A stretch of DNA of 32,000 nt. Origin: Wolbachia endosymbiont of Dirofilaria (Dirofilaria) immitis. GTDB taxonomy: Bacteria > Pseudomonadota > Alphaproteobacteria > Rickettsiales > Anaplasmataceae. The position numbers were made by a program, and so were the translations under genes. The stretch is taken from the NCBI RefSeq assembly GCF_013365455.1, contig NZ_CP046578.1, forward strand, positions 1-32,000, read 5' to 3'. Below are positions 9,772 to 20,091 of this stretch, in pieces. Below the pieces are notes generated by a model. The model saw only the letters and a list, made by a program, of their open reading frames with translations, searched no databases and was not told the DNA's origin. Each line of letters opens with the position of its first letter. Position 1 is the stretch's first letter.

Positions 9772-11049
9772 ATGCATGATATAAGATATATTCGAAAGAA
9801 ACCTAAGGAGTTCGAAAAGATGATGAAGGACAGGGGGATTAAAGAGTTTACTGTGAGTGAAATATTAGAAATTGATCATGAGAAAAGATCATTGACTGCT
9901 AAACTGCAAGATTTGAATAGGCAACTTAATGAAATCACAGAAAAAATAAAGAGGCTTAAAATGAGTAAGGATCCTTGTAGAGAGCAGATAGAGTTGTCAA
10001 AGAGTATTGCAAGTGAGATAAAGGTGATTAGCTCAAAGGAACAAATAGAGAAGGACAAGTTAGTGAATATCTTATCTAATTTACCAAATATTCCTATGCA
10101 AGATATACCAATGGGTAAAGATGAGGATTCTAATTTAGAGGTGAGGAAATATGGAGAAAAAAGAAAATTTGATTTTATAGCAAAGCCTCATTATAAGCTT
10201 GGGGAAAGATTGAATTTGATAGATTTTAAACAGGCAACGAAAATTTCTAGATCAAGATTTGCAGTGTTGAAAGGGCAATTAGCCAAACTTGGACGAGCAT
10301 TAGTGAATTTTATGCTTGAAATGCATATTAATGAATTTGGCTATACTGAAGTGTATCACCCAGTTTTAGTGAAGAGTGAAGCGATGTATAATGTTGGCCA
10401 GCTGCCGAAATTTTCTGATGATTCATATTTAACCACTGATGAATTAAGATTAATTCCTACAGGTGAAGTTGTTTTAACAAATTTGGTTGCTGATAGAACA
10501 TTAGGAGAAAAAGAACTACCCATTCGATTTACTGCGTATTCAGAGTGTTTTCGTAAAGAAGCTGGCAGTGCAAGGCGTGACACGAGAGGTATGATAAGAC
10601 AACACCAATTTGGTAAAGTAGAGTTGGTGAGTATCACGACTGAAACCGAATCAAATGAAGAACTTGAGCGTATAACAAGTATTGCTGAAGAGATATTAAA
10701 AAGGTTAGAGTTGCCATATAGAGTAGTGCTGCTGTGTAGTGGTGAAATGGGCTTTGCTGTACAAAAGACTTATGACATAGAAATATGGTTGCCTGGGCAA
10801 AATAAATATAGAGAAATATCAAGTTGTTCAAGTTGTGGTGCATTCCAGGCGAGAAGAATGAACACTAAATATTTTTTAGAAGCTGATAAAAAGGTAAAAA
10901 AATATGTTCATACTTTAAATGGCTCAGCTTTAGCTATAGGGAGGACGATTATTGCCATAATGGAAAACTATCAGAATTTTGATGGGTCGATTGTAATACC
11001 AAACGTGTTGCAAAAATATATGGGTAATGATACTGTTATAGGCAAGTAA
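9772..11049 (+). CDS. serS: seryl-tRNA synthetase
   Basis: 425 aa with an N-terminal coiled-coil arm. Class II aaRS core blocks are FRKEAGSARRDTRGMIRQHQFGKVE and HTLNGSALAIGRTIIAIMENYQ. Confidence 0.94.
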   Translation: MHDIRYIRKKPKEFEKMMKDRGIKEFTVSEILEIDHEKRSLTAKLQDLNRQLNEITEKIKRLKMSKDPCREQIELSKSIASEIKVISSKEQIEKDKLVNILSNLPNIPMQDIPMGKDEDSNLEVRKYGEKRKFDFIAKPHYKLGERLNLIDFKQATKISRSRFAVLKGQLAKLGRALVNFMLEMHINEFGYTEVYHPVLVKSEAMYNVGQLPKFSDDSYLTTDELRLIPTGEVVLTNLVADRTLGEKELPIRFTAYSECFRKEAGSARRDTRGMIRQHQFGKVELVSITTETESNEELERITSIAEEILKRLELPYRVVLLCSGEMGFAVQKTYDIEIWLPGQNKYREISSCSSCGAFQARRMNTKYFLEADKKVKKYVHTLNGSALAIGRTIIAIMENYQNFDGSIVIPNVLQKYMGNDTVIGK

Positions 11050-11084
11050 TAGTTTAAATATATGGAAAAACGAGGGAATCAAAG

Positions 11085-12356
11085 ATGAAGGTTCTGGTAG
11101 TGGGTTCTGGTGGACGTGAACATGCTTTACTTTGGGCTCTTAAAAAATCTCCTATCTTAACTGAATTATATGTTGCTCCTGGACGTTCAGCTGTGAAAGA
11201 TCTTGGTGTTCTTGTGAATATAAATATAAAAAAAACAATTGATGTTACACGATTTTGCAAAAGAGAAAATATAGAGTTGGTTATCATTGGTCCGGAACAA
11301 CCAATAATTGATGGTCTTGCTAACAACTTAGTTGCGGAGGGAATAAATGTTTTTGCTCCAAGTCAAGCTGCTGCAAAACTTGAAGCATCAAAGTCCTTTA
11401 CTAAGGAGTTGTGTAAACAATATGGTATACCAACTGCTAGATATGAGCATTTTGTTGATGAGGGATTAGCTAAAAACTTTGTACTCAGTAATAAAATAAA
11501 ATTTCCACTTGTGATAAAAGCAAATGGGATTGCGGCAGGGAAAGGTGTTATAATTTGCAATACAAAAAATGAAGCTTTTTCAGCAATAGATTCTATGTTG
11601 GTAGGAAAGAAATTTGGTGAGTCAGGTGAAGAGATAGTTATAGAGGAGTTTTTAGTTGGAGAAGAAGTGAGTTTTTTTGTTCTTGTTGATGGGTTGAAAG
11701 CAGTGACTTTTGGATGTGCAAAGGATTATAAGAGAGCTGGTGAAAATGATGATAGTCAGAACACTGGAGGTATGGGGTCGTACTCATCACCTTCAATTAT
11801 AAGTAAGGATATGGAAAAAAAAATTATCCAAAGGATAATATATCCTACAGTTCAAGCGCTGACTAATATGGGAACCCCTTATCGGGGAGTGCTTTTTGCT
11901 GGCTTAATGATTTGTAAAGATGACCCAAAACTTCTTGAGTATAATGTTAGATTTGGTGATCCAGAAATACAATCTATTTTACCTAGGTTTGACAAAAATT
12001 GTGATTTGTTAAAATTGATGTTATCGGTTGCAGAAGGAAAATTAAGTGCCAAAGTGGTGAAACTAACCAGTAAAGCTATAGTTTGTGTAGTTGTTGCAAG
12101 TAAAGGTTATCCAGGTAATTACCAGATAGGAGAGGTGATTAAAGGGTTGGATAAGATTGAGAGTATTCCTGGTATATTAGTATTTCATGCTGGCACTAAG
12201 TTGGATGAAAACGGTAATTGGATTTCTGATGGCGGAAGAGTATTGAATATAGTGGGAGAGGGAGACACTTTAGAGGAGGCTAGAAGTAAAGTGTATTCAG
12301 CGTTAAATTTTCTGCAGTGGCCAGGAGGATTCTTCAGGTATGATATTGGTAGTTAG
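11085..12356 (+). CDS. purD: phosphoribosylamine-glycine ligase
   Basis: N-terminus MKVLVVGSGGREHAL, ATP-grasp core (AAGKGV) and C-terminal GGRVLNIVG. ORF is 423 aa. Confidence 0.94.
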   Translation: MKVLVVGSGGREHALLWALKKSPILTELYVAPGRSAVKDLGVLVNINIKKTIDVTRFCKRENIELVIIGPEQPIIDGLANNLVAEGINVFAPSQAAAKLEASKSFTKELCKQYGIPTARYEHFVDEGLAKNFVLSNKIKFPLVIKANGIAAGKGVIICNTKNEAFSAIDSMLVGKKFGESGEEIVIEEFLVGEEVSFFVLVDGLKAVTFGCAKDYKRAGENDDSQNTGGMGSYSSPSIISKDMEKKIIQRIIYPTVQALTNMGTPYRGVLFAGLMICKDDPKLLEYNVRFGDPEIQSILPRFDKNCDLLKLMLSVAEGKLSAKVVKLTSKAIVCVVVASKGYPGNYQIGEVIKGLDKIESIPGILVFHAGTKLDENGNWISDGGRVLNIVGEGDTLEEARSKVYSALNFLQWPGGFFRYDIGS

Positions 12357-12690
12357 TGTATTTATGTATGAAAGTTAGGAATTGAAGATCATTTTTCTTA
12401 AGTTTGTTTTAGTGTGCTAGATATTGGTATGAAAGTGGCAGTAAGATTAAGAAATTTGTAAAAAATATCTAAAAACTTTGTTCGATTTATGGAACTTTCT
12501 TGATAATTTATAGAGGTATATGTTTAGTAGAATAGAAAAATGTGTAGATAAAAAGAAGCGAAAAAAATTAAAGATAAAGTTGTGATCTATGTACTGTATA
12601 TAGGGCATTAAATAATGTGGAGTAATGAGCTGCTGGTTAGATACATCCGGATAAGCTTAAAAGATGATTAAGAATGAGCATTGAAGTACA

Positions 12691-12719
12691 AAAGAAGAGC
12701 ACTGCTAGTGCTTTTCTTT
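12691..12719 (+). terminator. terminator-like hairpin: 13-bp stem with one G.U pair, 3-nt loop, flanked by an A-tract and a T-tract
   Basis: aaagaagagcact-gct-agtgcttttcttt, paired by hand. The GC core gagcac/gtgctt is followed by ttttcttt. It lies ~335 nt downstream of the purD stop, inside an ORF-free spacer. Confidence 0.4.
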
Positions 12720-13094
12720 AGCTATTTAGAGAAAATGCTTGTGTGAAATTGCTCTAAAAGTGGTTAAAATATAAAATTAAAGTTAAAAAAAAAGTGAAAA
12801 AAAGTTTATAAATAACTGGACTAAAAAAAATGACTGAGGTCTAAATCTTTATATATAGCATGTACAAGCATTGGTTAGTGATGAAAGTTATGGTGGTTAT
12901 GATAAACTTAAAGTATACTAACTTGAGAGGAGGATTGAGAAGGTTAAACTAACTATTATGCAGAGTCTATTAGCTCAAGGTAAATTGAGGAGCTAGCCTG
13001 CACTATATATTAAAGCTTTAGAGGAGCTTAGTTTACTTACTCTATTATTTTCTTTATTATCAAATATTGCTTTGAATAATATGGAGGTGGTAAG

Positions 13095-14657
13095 TTGTCA
13101 GTAATTGCTATTATTGATTTTGGTTCACAGTTTACACAGCTTATCGCAAAACAAATCAGAAAAATGGGTGTTTATTGTGAGATATTTTCAAGTAACATCG
13201 ATTTTAGAGAAATGTCGAAATACAGTGGGTTTATTTTCTCTGGAGGACCGCAATCTGTAAATGATAATTATTCTGGGGTAAGTGAGGTAGCATATAAGAT
13301 TATAAAATTTAATGAGACAACAAATGTTCCTATACTTGGGATATGTTATGGACAACAGCTTATTTGTCATTATTTTGGGGCAAGAGTAAGAAGGGAATTC
13401 AAACAGGAGTTTGGTAAAGTTAAGGTGAAAATATTAAAAGAGTCTCCCATTATAAAAGATGCGTGGGATATTAATTCCGAAGTGGATGTGTTAATGAATC
13501 ACATAGACAGTGTTGAAACTGTGCCGAAAGGATTTACTGTTATTGCATCAGGTATAGTAAATCAAACAATTGCAATAATTGTTAACGAACAACGTAAGAT
13601 ATACTGTACTCAGTTTCATCCTGAGGTTAGGCCTACGATGAATGGTAGCAAGTTACTCTCTAATTTCTTGGATATTACAAATTGTAAAAGAGACTGGATG
13701 GTGAAATCACTTGTTGAAAAACAGAAGAGAAGAATCAAGAATTTAGTGGGGGAGAAAAAAGTAGTTGCTGCGGTGAGTGGTGGAGTTGATTCAAGTGTTG
13801 CAGCAACTCTCATGTATAAAGCTATAGGGAAACAATTAAATTGTATTTTTATTGATACTGGATTGTTAAATAAGAGCCAGGCCGTTGCTATGTTAGAGGG
13901 AATTCCGGTAAACTATGTTAATAAATCAAAGTTATTTTTAAGTAAATTGAAGGGAATAACTAATCCGGAAGAAAAGCGAAAAATTGTTGGTAGCACTTTT
14001 ATTGAGGTATTAGAAGAAGAAGCAAAAAAAATAGGTAATGTTGATTTTTTAATGCAAGGTACCATCTATTCTGATGTAATTGAGTCGGGACATTCTTCAG
14101 GGCATGCTAGTATAATTAAATCTCATCATAATGTTGGTGGGTTACCAGAAAAGATGAATCTAAAATTGGTAGAACCTCTACGTTACCTATTTAAAGATGA
14201 GGTAAGAATGCTTGGAAAAGAAATTGGTCTTTCAGATAGAATAATATTTCAACATCCGTTTCCTGGACCTGGGCTTGCAGTGAGGATTATAGGTGAAGTT
14301 GATGAGGAAAAGGTACGGATATTACAAGAAGTGGATGAAATATATATTAATACGATGAGAAATTACGATTTATATAATCAGATATGGCAAGCTTTTACTG
14401 TGCTGCTACCAATAAGAACTGTAGGTGTCATGGGTGATAATCGTACATATGGGTATGTTTGTGTTTTAAGGGCTGTAACATCTTCTGATGGTATGACAGC
14501 TGATGTGTTTCCATTTGAAGATAAAAGTCAGTGTTCATCAATATTTTGGAGTTTTTTACAGAATGTCAGCAACGTAATTGTTAACAGCGTTTCCGGAGTG
14601 AATAGAGTTGTCTATGACCTGACTTCTAAACCACCAGCAACTATTGAGTGGGAATAA
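13095..14657 (+). CDS. guaA: GMP synthase (glutamine-hydrolysing)
   Basis: TTG start preceded by ggaggtgg. GATase motifs are GICYGQQ and FHPEV. The ATP-PPase P-loop is SGGVDSS, and the C-terminal dimerisation block ends PPATIEWE. Confidence 0.94.
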   Translation: MSVIAIIDFGSQFTQLIAKQIRKMGVYCEIFSSNIDFREMSKYSGFIFSGGPQSVNDNYSGVSEVAYKIIKFNETTNVPILGICYGQQLICHYFGARVRREFKQEFGKVKVKILKESPIIKDAWDINSEVDVLMNHIDSVETVPKGFTVIASGIVNQTIAIIVNEQRKIYCTQFHPEVRPTMNGSKLLSNFLDITNCKRDWMVKSLVEKQKRRIKNLVGEKKVVAAVSGGVDSSVAATLMYKAIGKQLNCIFIDTGLLNKSQAVAMLEGIPVNYVNKSKLFLSKLKGITNPEEKRKIVGSTFIEVLEEEAKKIGNVDFLMQGTIYSDVIESGHSSGHASIIKSHHNVGGLPEKMNLKLVEPLRYLFKDEVRMLGKEIGLSDRIIFQHPFPGPGLAVRIIGEVDEEKVRILQEVDEIYINTMRNYDLYNQIWQAFTVLLPIRTVGVMGDNRTYGYVCVLRAVTSSDGMTADVFPFEDKSQCSSIFWSFLQNVSNVIVNSVSGVNRVVYDLTSKPPATIEWE

Positions 14658-15375
14658 ACCTGGAGCTATTTTTTTTCTTTATACAGTGCACTTTCCTTTT
14701 TATACTATTTATAACTTCTATAAGCAATGCAAATGTTAATGAAGAGTATAAATATCCTTTTGGTAATTCTGTATTAAGCCCTTCAAATATTAGGTACACA
14801 CCAACGAGTAAAATAAATAGGATGGCAATTGTTTTTAGACTTGCACTAGATTCAATCAGCTTAGCAGTGTGACTAGATAAAAATATCATTGCTAGTATAG
14901 AAAACGCACACGCTATAACAATTATAGTTATGTTGTAAGTTAGTACTATAGCAGTTAATAGAGAATCAATTGAAAAAATTAGGTCTATTAATGTAATTTG
15001 TAATATAACTAAAAACGGTTGCGATTTAATATCTGTTTTTTTTTCAGATTGCTTACATAAAAAGATGTTGTTCCATAACTCTATGATACTTTTAATAATA
15101 AGAAATAATCCTCCTGCTATCATAAGTAGATCTTTTATTGAAAAATTTAGCGATGCAGCATGAAATATAGGTTTTTGCATTGATAACATGTATGATGTAA
15201 AAAATAGTGTCAAAAGACGTATTAACAGTGCTAGTCCAAGACCTGCAAGACGTACTCTTTTTTTTAGTGTATTTGATATCTTATCTAGAGCTAAAGAAAT
15301 AAAGATCAAATTATCTATGTTAAGTATAGTTTCAAGTAATGTAAGTATTAGTAAAGTTTGAGCTTCGACTAGCAT
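14641..15375 (-). CDS. TerC-family integral membrane protein
   Basis: 244-aa polytopic ORF with the TerC-type motif [17 protein letters not shown]. Its last 17 nt overlap the 3' end of convergent guaA. Confidence 0.75.
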   Translation of the reverse strand: MLVEAQTLLILTLLETILNIDNLIFISLALDKISNTLKKRVRLAGLGLALLIRLLTLFFTSYMLSMQKPIFHAASLNFSIKDLLMIAGGLFLIIKSIIELWNNIFLCKQSEKKTDIKSQPFLVILQITLIDLIFSIDSLLTAIVLTYNITIIVIACAFSILAMIFLSSHTAKLIESSASLKTIAILFILLVGVYLIFEGLNTELPKGYLYSSLTFALLIEVINSIKRKVHCIKKKNSSRFIPTQ

Positions 15376-15635
15376 TTTAGTTTCTGGTTCAGCTACTTTA
15401 TTCTACAGTAGATATATGAAAATTTGGTGACTTTGTTTGAACTAAGCAGAGGTTAGTGTAAGTCATGGTGCACTTGCTACTTATAGCCTTGGTTATTAAT
15501 ATGTTGTAGTGAATAACTATTTGTTAATGAATTTAAATTTTCTTTCTACTTAAATTAGATTATCTGTGATACATAAATTTATAGGGGTTATTTATTATCT
15601 TTCCTTAGGAACTCACTTGAGTTATGCTGTAAATC

Positions 15636-16160
15636 ATGAATCTTAAGCAAAAAATTAAGTTTTTTTCTCTATCATTTGTAATTTTGTTTTCCCTATGGAC
15701 TATATTATCTGGTTATTTTGAGCTGTTTTTTGTTCTTTGTGGGGTATTTTCTTCTGTATTTACATTGTTTATCTTTAAACGATTAATAAATGTTGAAAGT
15801 ACTTTTAGTCAGATCTTAAGTAATACAAGTAAGTTGTCGTTTTATAAGTTACTGGTAAATTATATACCGTGGTTAGTATATCAGATTATTTTATCGAGCA
15901 TTTATGTAATAAAGAAGGTTTTTCAAACTGAACTTAAGCTCAAACCAATTGTCATCATAAAGAAGTATAAAGGACATGATGATAAAAGTATCACATTATT
16001 TGCGAATTCAGTCACGATCACTCCTGGTACTTTAACTATTGATGTTGCGAGAAAACAGCAAACATACCTGTCTACTATATGCTTGATAGATGAAAGCCTT
16101 GAGAGTGACGTTTCTAAAATAGAAAACGAGGTTTTAAAGATACTAAATTTGACTAAATAG
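15636..16160 (+). CDS. mnhE: multisubunit Na+/H+ antiporter subunit E (MnhE/MrpE)
   Basis: 174 aa with two N-terminal TM helices. The MnhE block is ANSVTITPGTLTIDV. No other mnh/mrp subunit lies beside it. Confidence 0.75.
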   Translation: MNLKQKIKFFSLSFVILFSLWTILSGYFELFFVLCGVFSSVFTLFIFKRLINVESTFSQILSNTSKLSFYKLLVNYIPWLVYQIILSSIYVIKKVFQTELKLKPIVIIKKYKGHDDKSITLFANSVTITPGTLTIDVARKQQTYLSTICLIDESLESDVSKIENEVLKILNLTK

Positions 16161-16845
16161 TTGCTGAATAAAGAGCAGCATCCTTATATTCTCTCACTAG
16201 GACTTTCAAGTATTTCTTTTAGAAGGGACTATTGTTAATGACAAAGTATAAGTAATTGTAAAAATCTTTTAGCCTTAACATGTTGTTTTTATAGTTTTAA
16301 TAGTAATAGCCTTGTTTAAGAGTATATTTCACTAGCCATGTTTACTCTTGTTAGTGATAATATTAGTTTCAGGTTTATTGTTATATAAAGACCCTGGATG
16401 GCCCTGGACTATTCTGGTGATATAGAAAATTTCTGCTTTTGATAAGCAGTGATCAGCATGTTTAATAATTTTTTCTTTCTTCTATTGAGTAATCTAGGGT
16501 TTGCTTATTTTTATGTTTATGACTTGTTTATTCAATTTTCTCTGTTCAACTATAGTAAATAGATTATACTAGTACTTTGTTAAATAAATAATAATATGAC
16601 ACAAATGTGTACTATGTTAGTGTATTTTATATTAATGACTTAATAAGCATTATTGCTGATTTTGCTGTACACATGATGATTTTATTCTGTTTGACAGAGC
16701 GTAAAAACATAAAGTCTGTGGTTCATCTATAACAGAGAAAATTTATTAGAATAATATTTTCTATTTTGTATAAAATGGGTGTTTTCATTGTTAGCTATTT
16801 TGTTAACATTAGTTCTTACATAAGTTTTAAATTGACTGTATTGCA

Positions 16846-17418
16846 GTGAGGAAGATAAAGCTCGGAGTACTGATTTCAGGTAGGGGGTCAAACATGCAGG
16901 CCCTGATAAAGGCAGGCCAAGATCATGATTTTCCTGCAGAAGTTGTATGTGTTATCACAAATGATAATAAGGCAGCTGGCTTAAAGATAGCAAAGCAAGC
17001 AGAAATCTCAGCATTTGTTGTTGAGAATAATCCACTTGATGCTGATAAAATTCATGAAATACTTGTGCAACATAAAGTTCATTTAGTTTGCCTTGCAGGG
17101 TTTATGAGGATTCTAAAACCAGACTTTCTAGCTAAATGGCATAACAAGGTTGTAAATATTCATCCTTCTTTGCTTCCGTCTTTTAAAGGTTTAAGTGCTC
17201 AAGAGCAAGCTCTAAAGGCAGGTGTCAAAATTACAGGTTGTACTGTACATTATGTTACTCCTGAGGTTGATGCTGGAACTATAATAGCCCAAACTGCTGT
17301 ACCAGTGTTGCCGAATGACGATATTCAAAGTCTTTCAGAACGCATTCTAATTGAAGAGCATAAGTGTTACGTGGAAGCAGTGAGGTTAATAGCGGAAAAT
17401 ATTAATCATTCATCTTAG
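16846..17418 (+). CDS. purN: phosphoribosylglycinamide formyltransferase
   Basis: GTG start. Motifs VLISGRGSN, LAGFMRIL, NIHPSLLPSFKG and EVDAGTIIAQ. Confidence 0.92.
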   Translation: MRKIKLGVLISGRGSNMQALIKAGQDHDFPAEVVCVITNDNKAAGLKIAKQAEISAFVVENNPLDADKIHEILVQHKVHLVCLAGFMRILKPDFLAKWHNKVVNIHPSLLPSFKGLSAQEQALKAGVKITGCTVHYVTPEVDAGTIIAQTAVPVLPNDDIQSLSERILIEEHKCYVEAVRLIAENINHSS

Positions 17419-18725
17419 ATACTTCTTCCAACTTTAACAAAAAACAAATTTTCAGGATCCAGCAAAGAGCTTGCTAACTTGTTTACTTCTTCTAATTTAA
17501 TATTATTAATGATATTTGCATAATTGTTTATGTGATTGACATCTCTATTATTTATTTGCATGTCATTGAGCAACATTGCTGTATTTGTATTATTGGATAG
17601 GGAAAAGACTAGGTTATTTATTAGGCTGTTTTTTACATCCTTGAATAATTGCTCATTAATTCCTTCTTTTTTTACCCTGCTCAGTGTGTTTTTCACTGTT
17701 GATATAGCTTTGTTAGCAGTAGAGTTATCAGTACTCATAAATCCAATTATAGTATTTCCATGTTTATTGGAAATAATGCTCATGTTAATACTGTAGGTAA
17801 TACCTAGGTTTTGCCTTAACTTTTTCATCATTACTGAATTCAACTCCATGCCGCCAAGAGCATTAATTAAGACAACAGCGTTATGATAATTAGGATCTTC
17901 ATAAGTTATGCCTTTTTGAGCGAAAAGTATTATACTCTGTGGTATATTTATAAAAATGATCTTACTTTTTGCAGGTCCAAAATCATTTTTTATAGGTATT
18001 TTTCTAACTTTTGATCTTTTTGGTGGTAGCTTAGATAAATATTTATCTAATAATATGCTAATTTCTTCTTTTGTTGTACAACCAACAACACTAATAACTA
18101 TGTTGTCTCTTGCGAAATTATGTTTTATGTATGTTAGGACATCGTCTCTGGTAATGCTCATTATAGTGTCAAAAGTTCCGTATTCGCTGTTTGAGTAAGG
18201 GTGCTTTTTAAACAGCAGCATATTTAATTTCTTAGTAGCGATAAAATAAGGGTTTTTTTCTAGGTTATTAAAATTAACTTTAGCTTTTTCAAAAATTCTA
18301 TTTAACCCTTCAGGATTAACTTTAGGACGCATTATAGCGTCGCTTAGTAGCGAGATTGCGTCTTCTAAATTTTCAGATAAGGTATTTAATGAAACTCTAA
18401 ATGCTTCTAGACTAGTGCTAAAGCTTAGACTTATTCCTTTATTTTCAAGCTTTTTTGCAAAACTTTTGGAGTCATTTTTTCCTGCTCCTTCTTGAATCAC
18501 GAGAGAAGTAAACCAAGTGAGTCCCTGTTTTTCTATATTCTCATATGCATAGCCTGCATCTTTAAATGATATATTTAATGAAACCTTTGGTAGATCATAA
18601 TTTTTAACAAATAAAAACTTAAGTCCTTTATAAGTAGTAACCTCTTCTATGTTGAGGCTGCTACTTGCTTGTAAGTTAGAGCCTAAAAAGAAAAAAAGTA
18701 GAAATATAAGTTTACTTGTTTTCAT
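17415..18725 (-). CDS. M16-family peptidase-like protein, non-catalytic partner (no HxxEH motif)
   Basis: M16 fold-length ORF with a signal-peptide-like N-terminus, MKTSKLIFLLFFFLGSNLQASS. At the zinc-motif position it reads GLTWFTSLVIQEGAG. The ORF opens at GTG 18734, but ATG 18725 has an aaggtgg Shine-Dalgarno 5 nt upstream. Confidence 0.8.
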   Translation of the reverse strand: MKTSKLIFLLFFFLGSNLQASSSLNIEEVTTYKGLKFLFVKNYDLPKVSLNISFKDAGYAYENIEKQGLTWFTSLVIQEGAGKNDSKSFAKKLENKGISLSFSTSLEAFRVSLNTLSENLEDAISLLSDAIMRPKVNPEGLNRIFEKAKVNFNNLEKNPYFIATKKLNMLLFKKHPYSNSEYGTFDTIMSITRDDVLTYIKHNFARDNIVISVVGCTTKEEISILLDKYLSKLPPKRSKVRKIPIKNDFGPAKSKIIFINIPQSIILFAQKGITYEDPNYHNAVVLINALGGMELNSVMMKKLRQNLGITYSINMSIISNKHGNTIIGFMSTDNSTANKAISTVKNTLSRVKKEGINEQLFKDVKNSLINNLVFSLSNNTNTAMLLNDMQINNRDVNHINNYANIINNIKLEEVNKLASSLLDPENLFFVKVGRSI

Positions 18726-20052
18726 TATTACCACCTTTTGGTAACAAACGACCGATTAACTTATCAGTAGAAAAGATAGTACGAATTTTACTATTTACGT
18801 TGTCTAAATCAACGTCGTTAATCTTGTTATATGAAATATCTATTTCATTGAGTGGAATACCAAGTGCTAGACGTGGTATATAAAATATTGCTATGTTAGT
18901 TAAGTCAGATAGCTTATCAAGTTGTTCCGTTTTGTATTTAAACTTTGCACTTTGTAACTCCTCACTTGTTATTCCTTCAGAAGTGAAATTGTTGATAGCA
19001 TTATCTAGTTCTCTTTCAATAATATCTAACTTCATCCCGCTTTTTGGAACTATTTCAATATCAATATAGCCATCACTAAGAGCTAAACTATTATAGTATG
19101 CATTTGCTGAAACTGCGATACCTTTATCTAGAACTAGGTCTTCATATAGCTTGCTAGACTTACCACCCCCTAAAATGTTGACTGCTAAATCAACAGCAAA
19201 GGTTTCATCTGTGTGCTTAAATAGAGGAACACGGTAGCGGAAATATAAAACAGGTTCTTTTACTTCAGTGCTTTTTAAAGTTACTGATAAATTTGCATTG
19301 TGTGTTGGATCTTGATTCGGGTAATGTCTAATTACAGGCTTAGCTTTAATTTTCCCATATTTTTCTTCTGCTAATCTTACTACTTCATTGAATTCTACAT
19401 CCCCAATAACTATCAGTATTGCATTATTTGGTTGATAATAGTTGTTATGAAATCTTATTATGTCATCTTGATTGTAAGTTTTAATATCACTTTCCCAACC
19501 AATGACAGATCTTCCATAGCCAGTACGATAAAATGCACTGTTCATTTCTTCCCATAGTAGATTATTAGGATGGTTATCGAATCTCATCTTCCTTTCTTCT
19601 AACACAATATTTTTTTCTCTATCTATTTTGTCTTGAGTAACATTAAAATTACCCATTCTATCTGCTTCAACTTCCATTACTAATGGTAAGTCTTTTTTGA
19701 GAGCTAATTCGTAGTAACAGGTATATTCCCTAGTAGTAAATGCATTGAATTGTGCTCCAATGCTGCCCATAATTGATTTTATGTCTTTAAATTTTCCTGT
19801 AGTTTCAAACATTAAATGTTCAAGATAGTGAGCCAACCCTGCTTTGCCAATCGGATCATCCATTCCTCCAACTTTATATATTACTGCATGTAAAACAGCT
19901 GGAATTCGGTGATGAGATATGACATAGATATCTAATTTATTATTAAGTCTAGCATACTTTATATTATATTCTGTACTTGTAGTTTTCAAAGGGATTAAAC
20001 AAGTAAAAAAAAATATAGATGACATAAAGAAGTTAAAAAATTTGTGAAGCAT
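18712..20052 (-). CDS. M16-family zinc metallopeptidase (catalytic subunit)
   Basis: Inverted zinc motif HYLEHLMFE (HxxEH) followed by a downstream glutamate block. The N-terminus is hydrophobic. ORF is 446 aa. Confidence 0.85.
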   Translation of the reverse strand: MLHKFFNFFMSSIFFFTCLIPLKTTSTEYNIKYARLNNKLDIYVISHHRIPAVLHAVIYKVGGMDDPIGKAGLAHYLEHLMFETTGKFKDIKSIMGSIGAQFNAFTTREYTCYYELALKKDLPLVMEVEADRMGNFNVTQDKIDREKNIVLEERKMRFDNHPNNLLWEEMNSAFYRTGYGRSVIGWESDIKTYNQDDIIRFHNNYYQPNNAILIVIGDVEFNEVVRLAEEKYGKIKAKPVIRHYPNQDPTHNANLSVTLKSTEVKEPVLYFRYRVPLFKHTDETFAVDLAVNILGGGKSSKLYEDLVLDKGIAVSANAYYNSLALSDGYIDIEIVPKSGMKLDIIERELDNAINNFTSEGITSEELQSAKFKYKTEQLDKLSDLTNIAIFYIPRLALGIPLNEIDISYNKINDVDLDNVNSKIRTIFSTDKLIGRLLPKGGNNENK

Positions 20053-20091
20053 TACTCTAAGCCTAATATAGTTGAACCTAAAACTATAACT

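Noticed and set aside
12457-12476. Near-identical word tgtaaaa(a)atatctaaaaa shared by the purD-guaA spacer and the uvrA-plsY spacer (29376..29393), hinting at a dispersed repeat
   Set aside because: It is only about 17-18 nt of A/T-rich sequence. A rough estimate for a 32-kb window at this composition gives about one such match by chance. The flanking similarity is low-complexity only.
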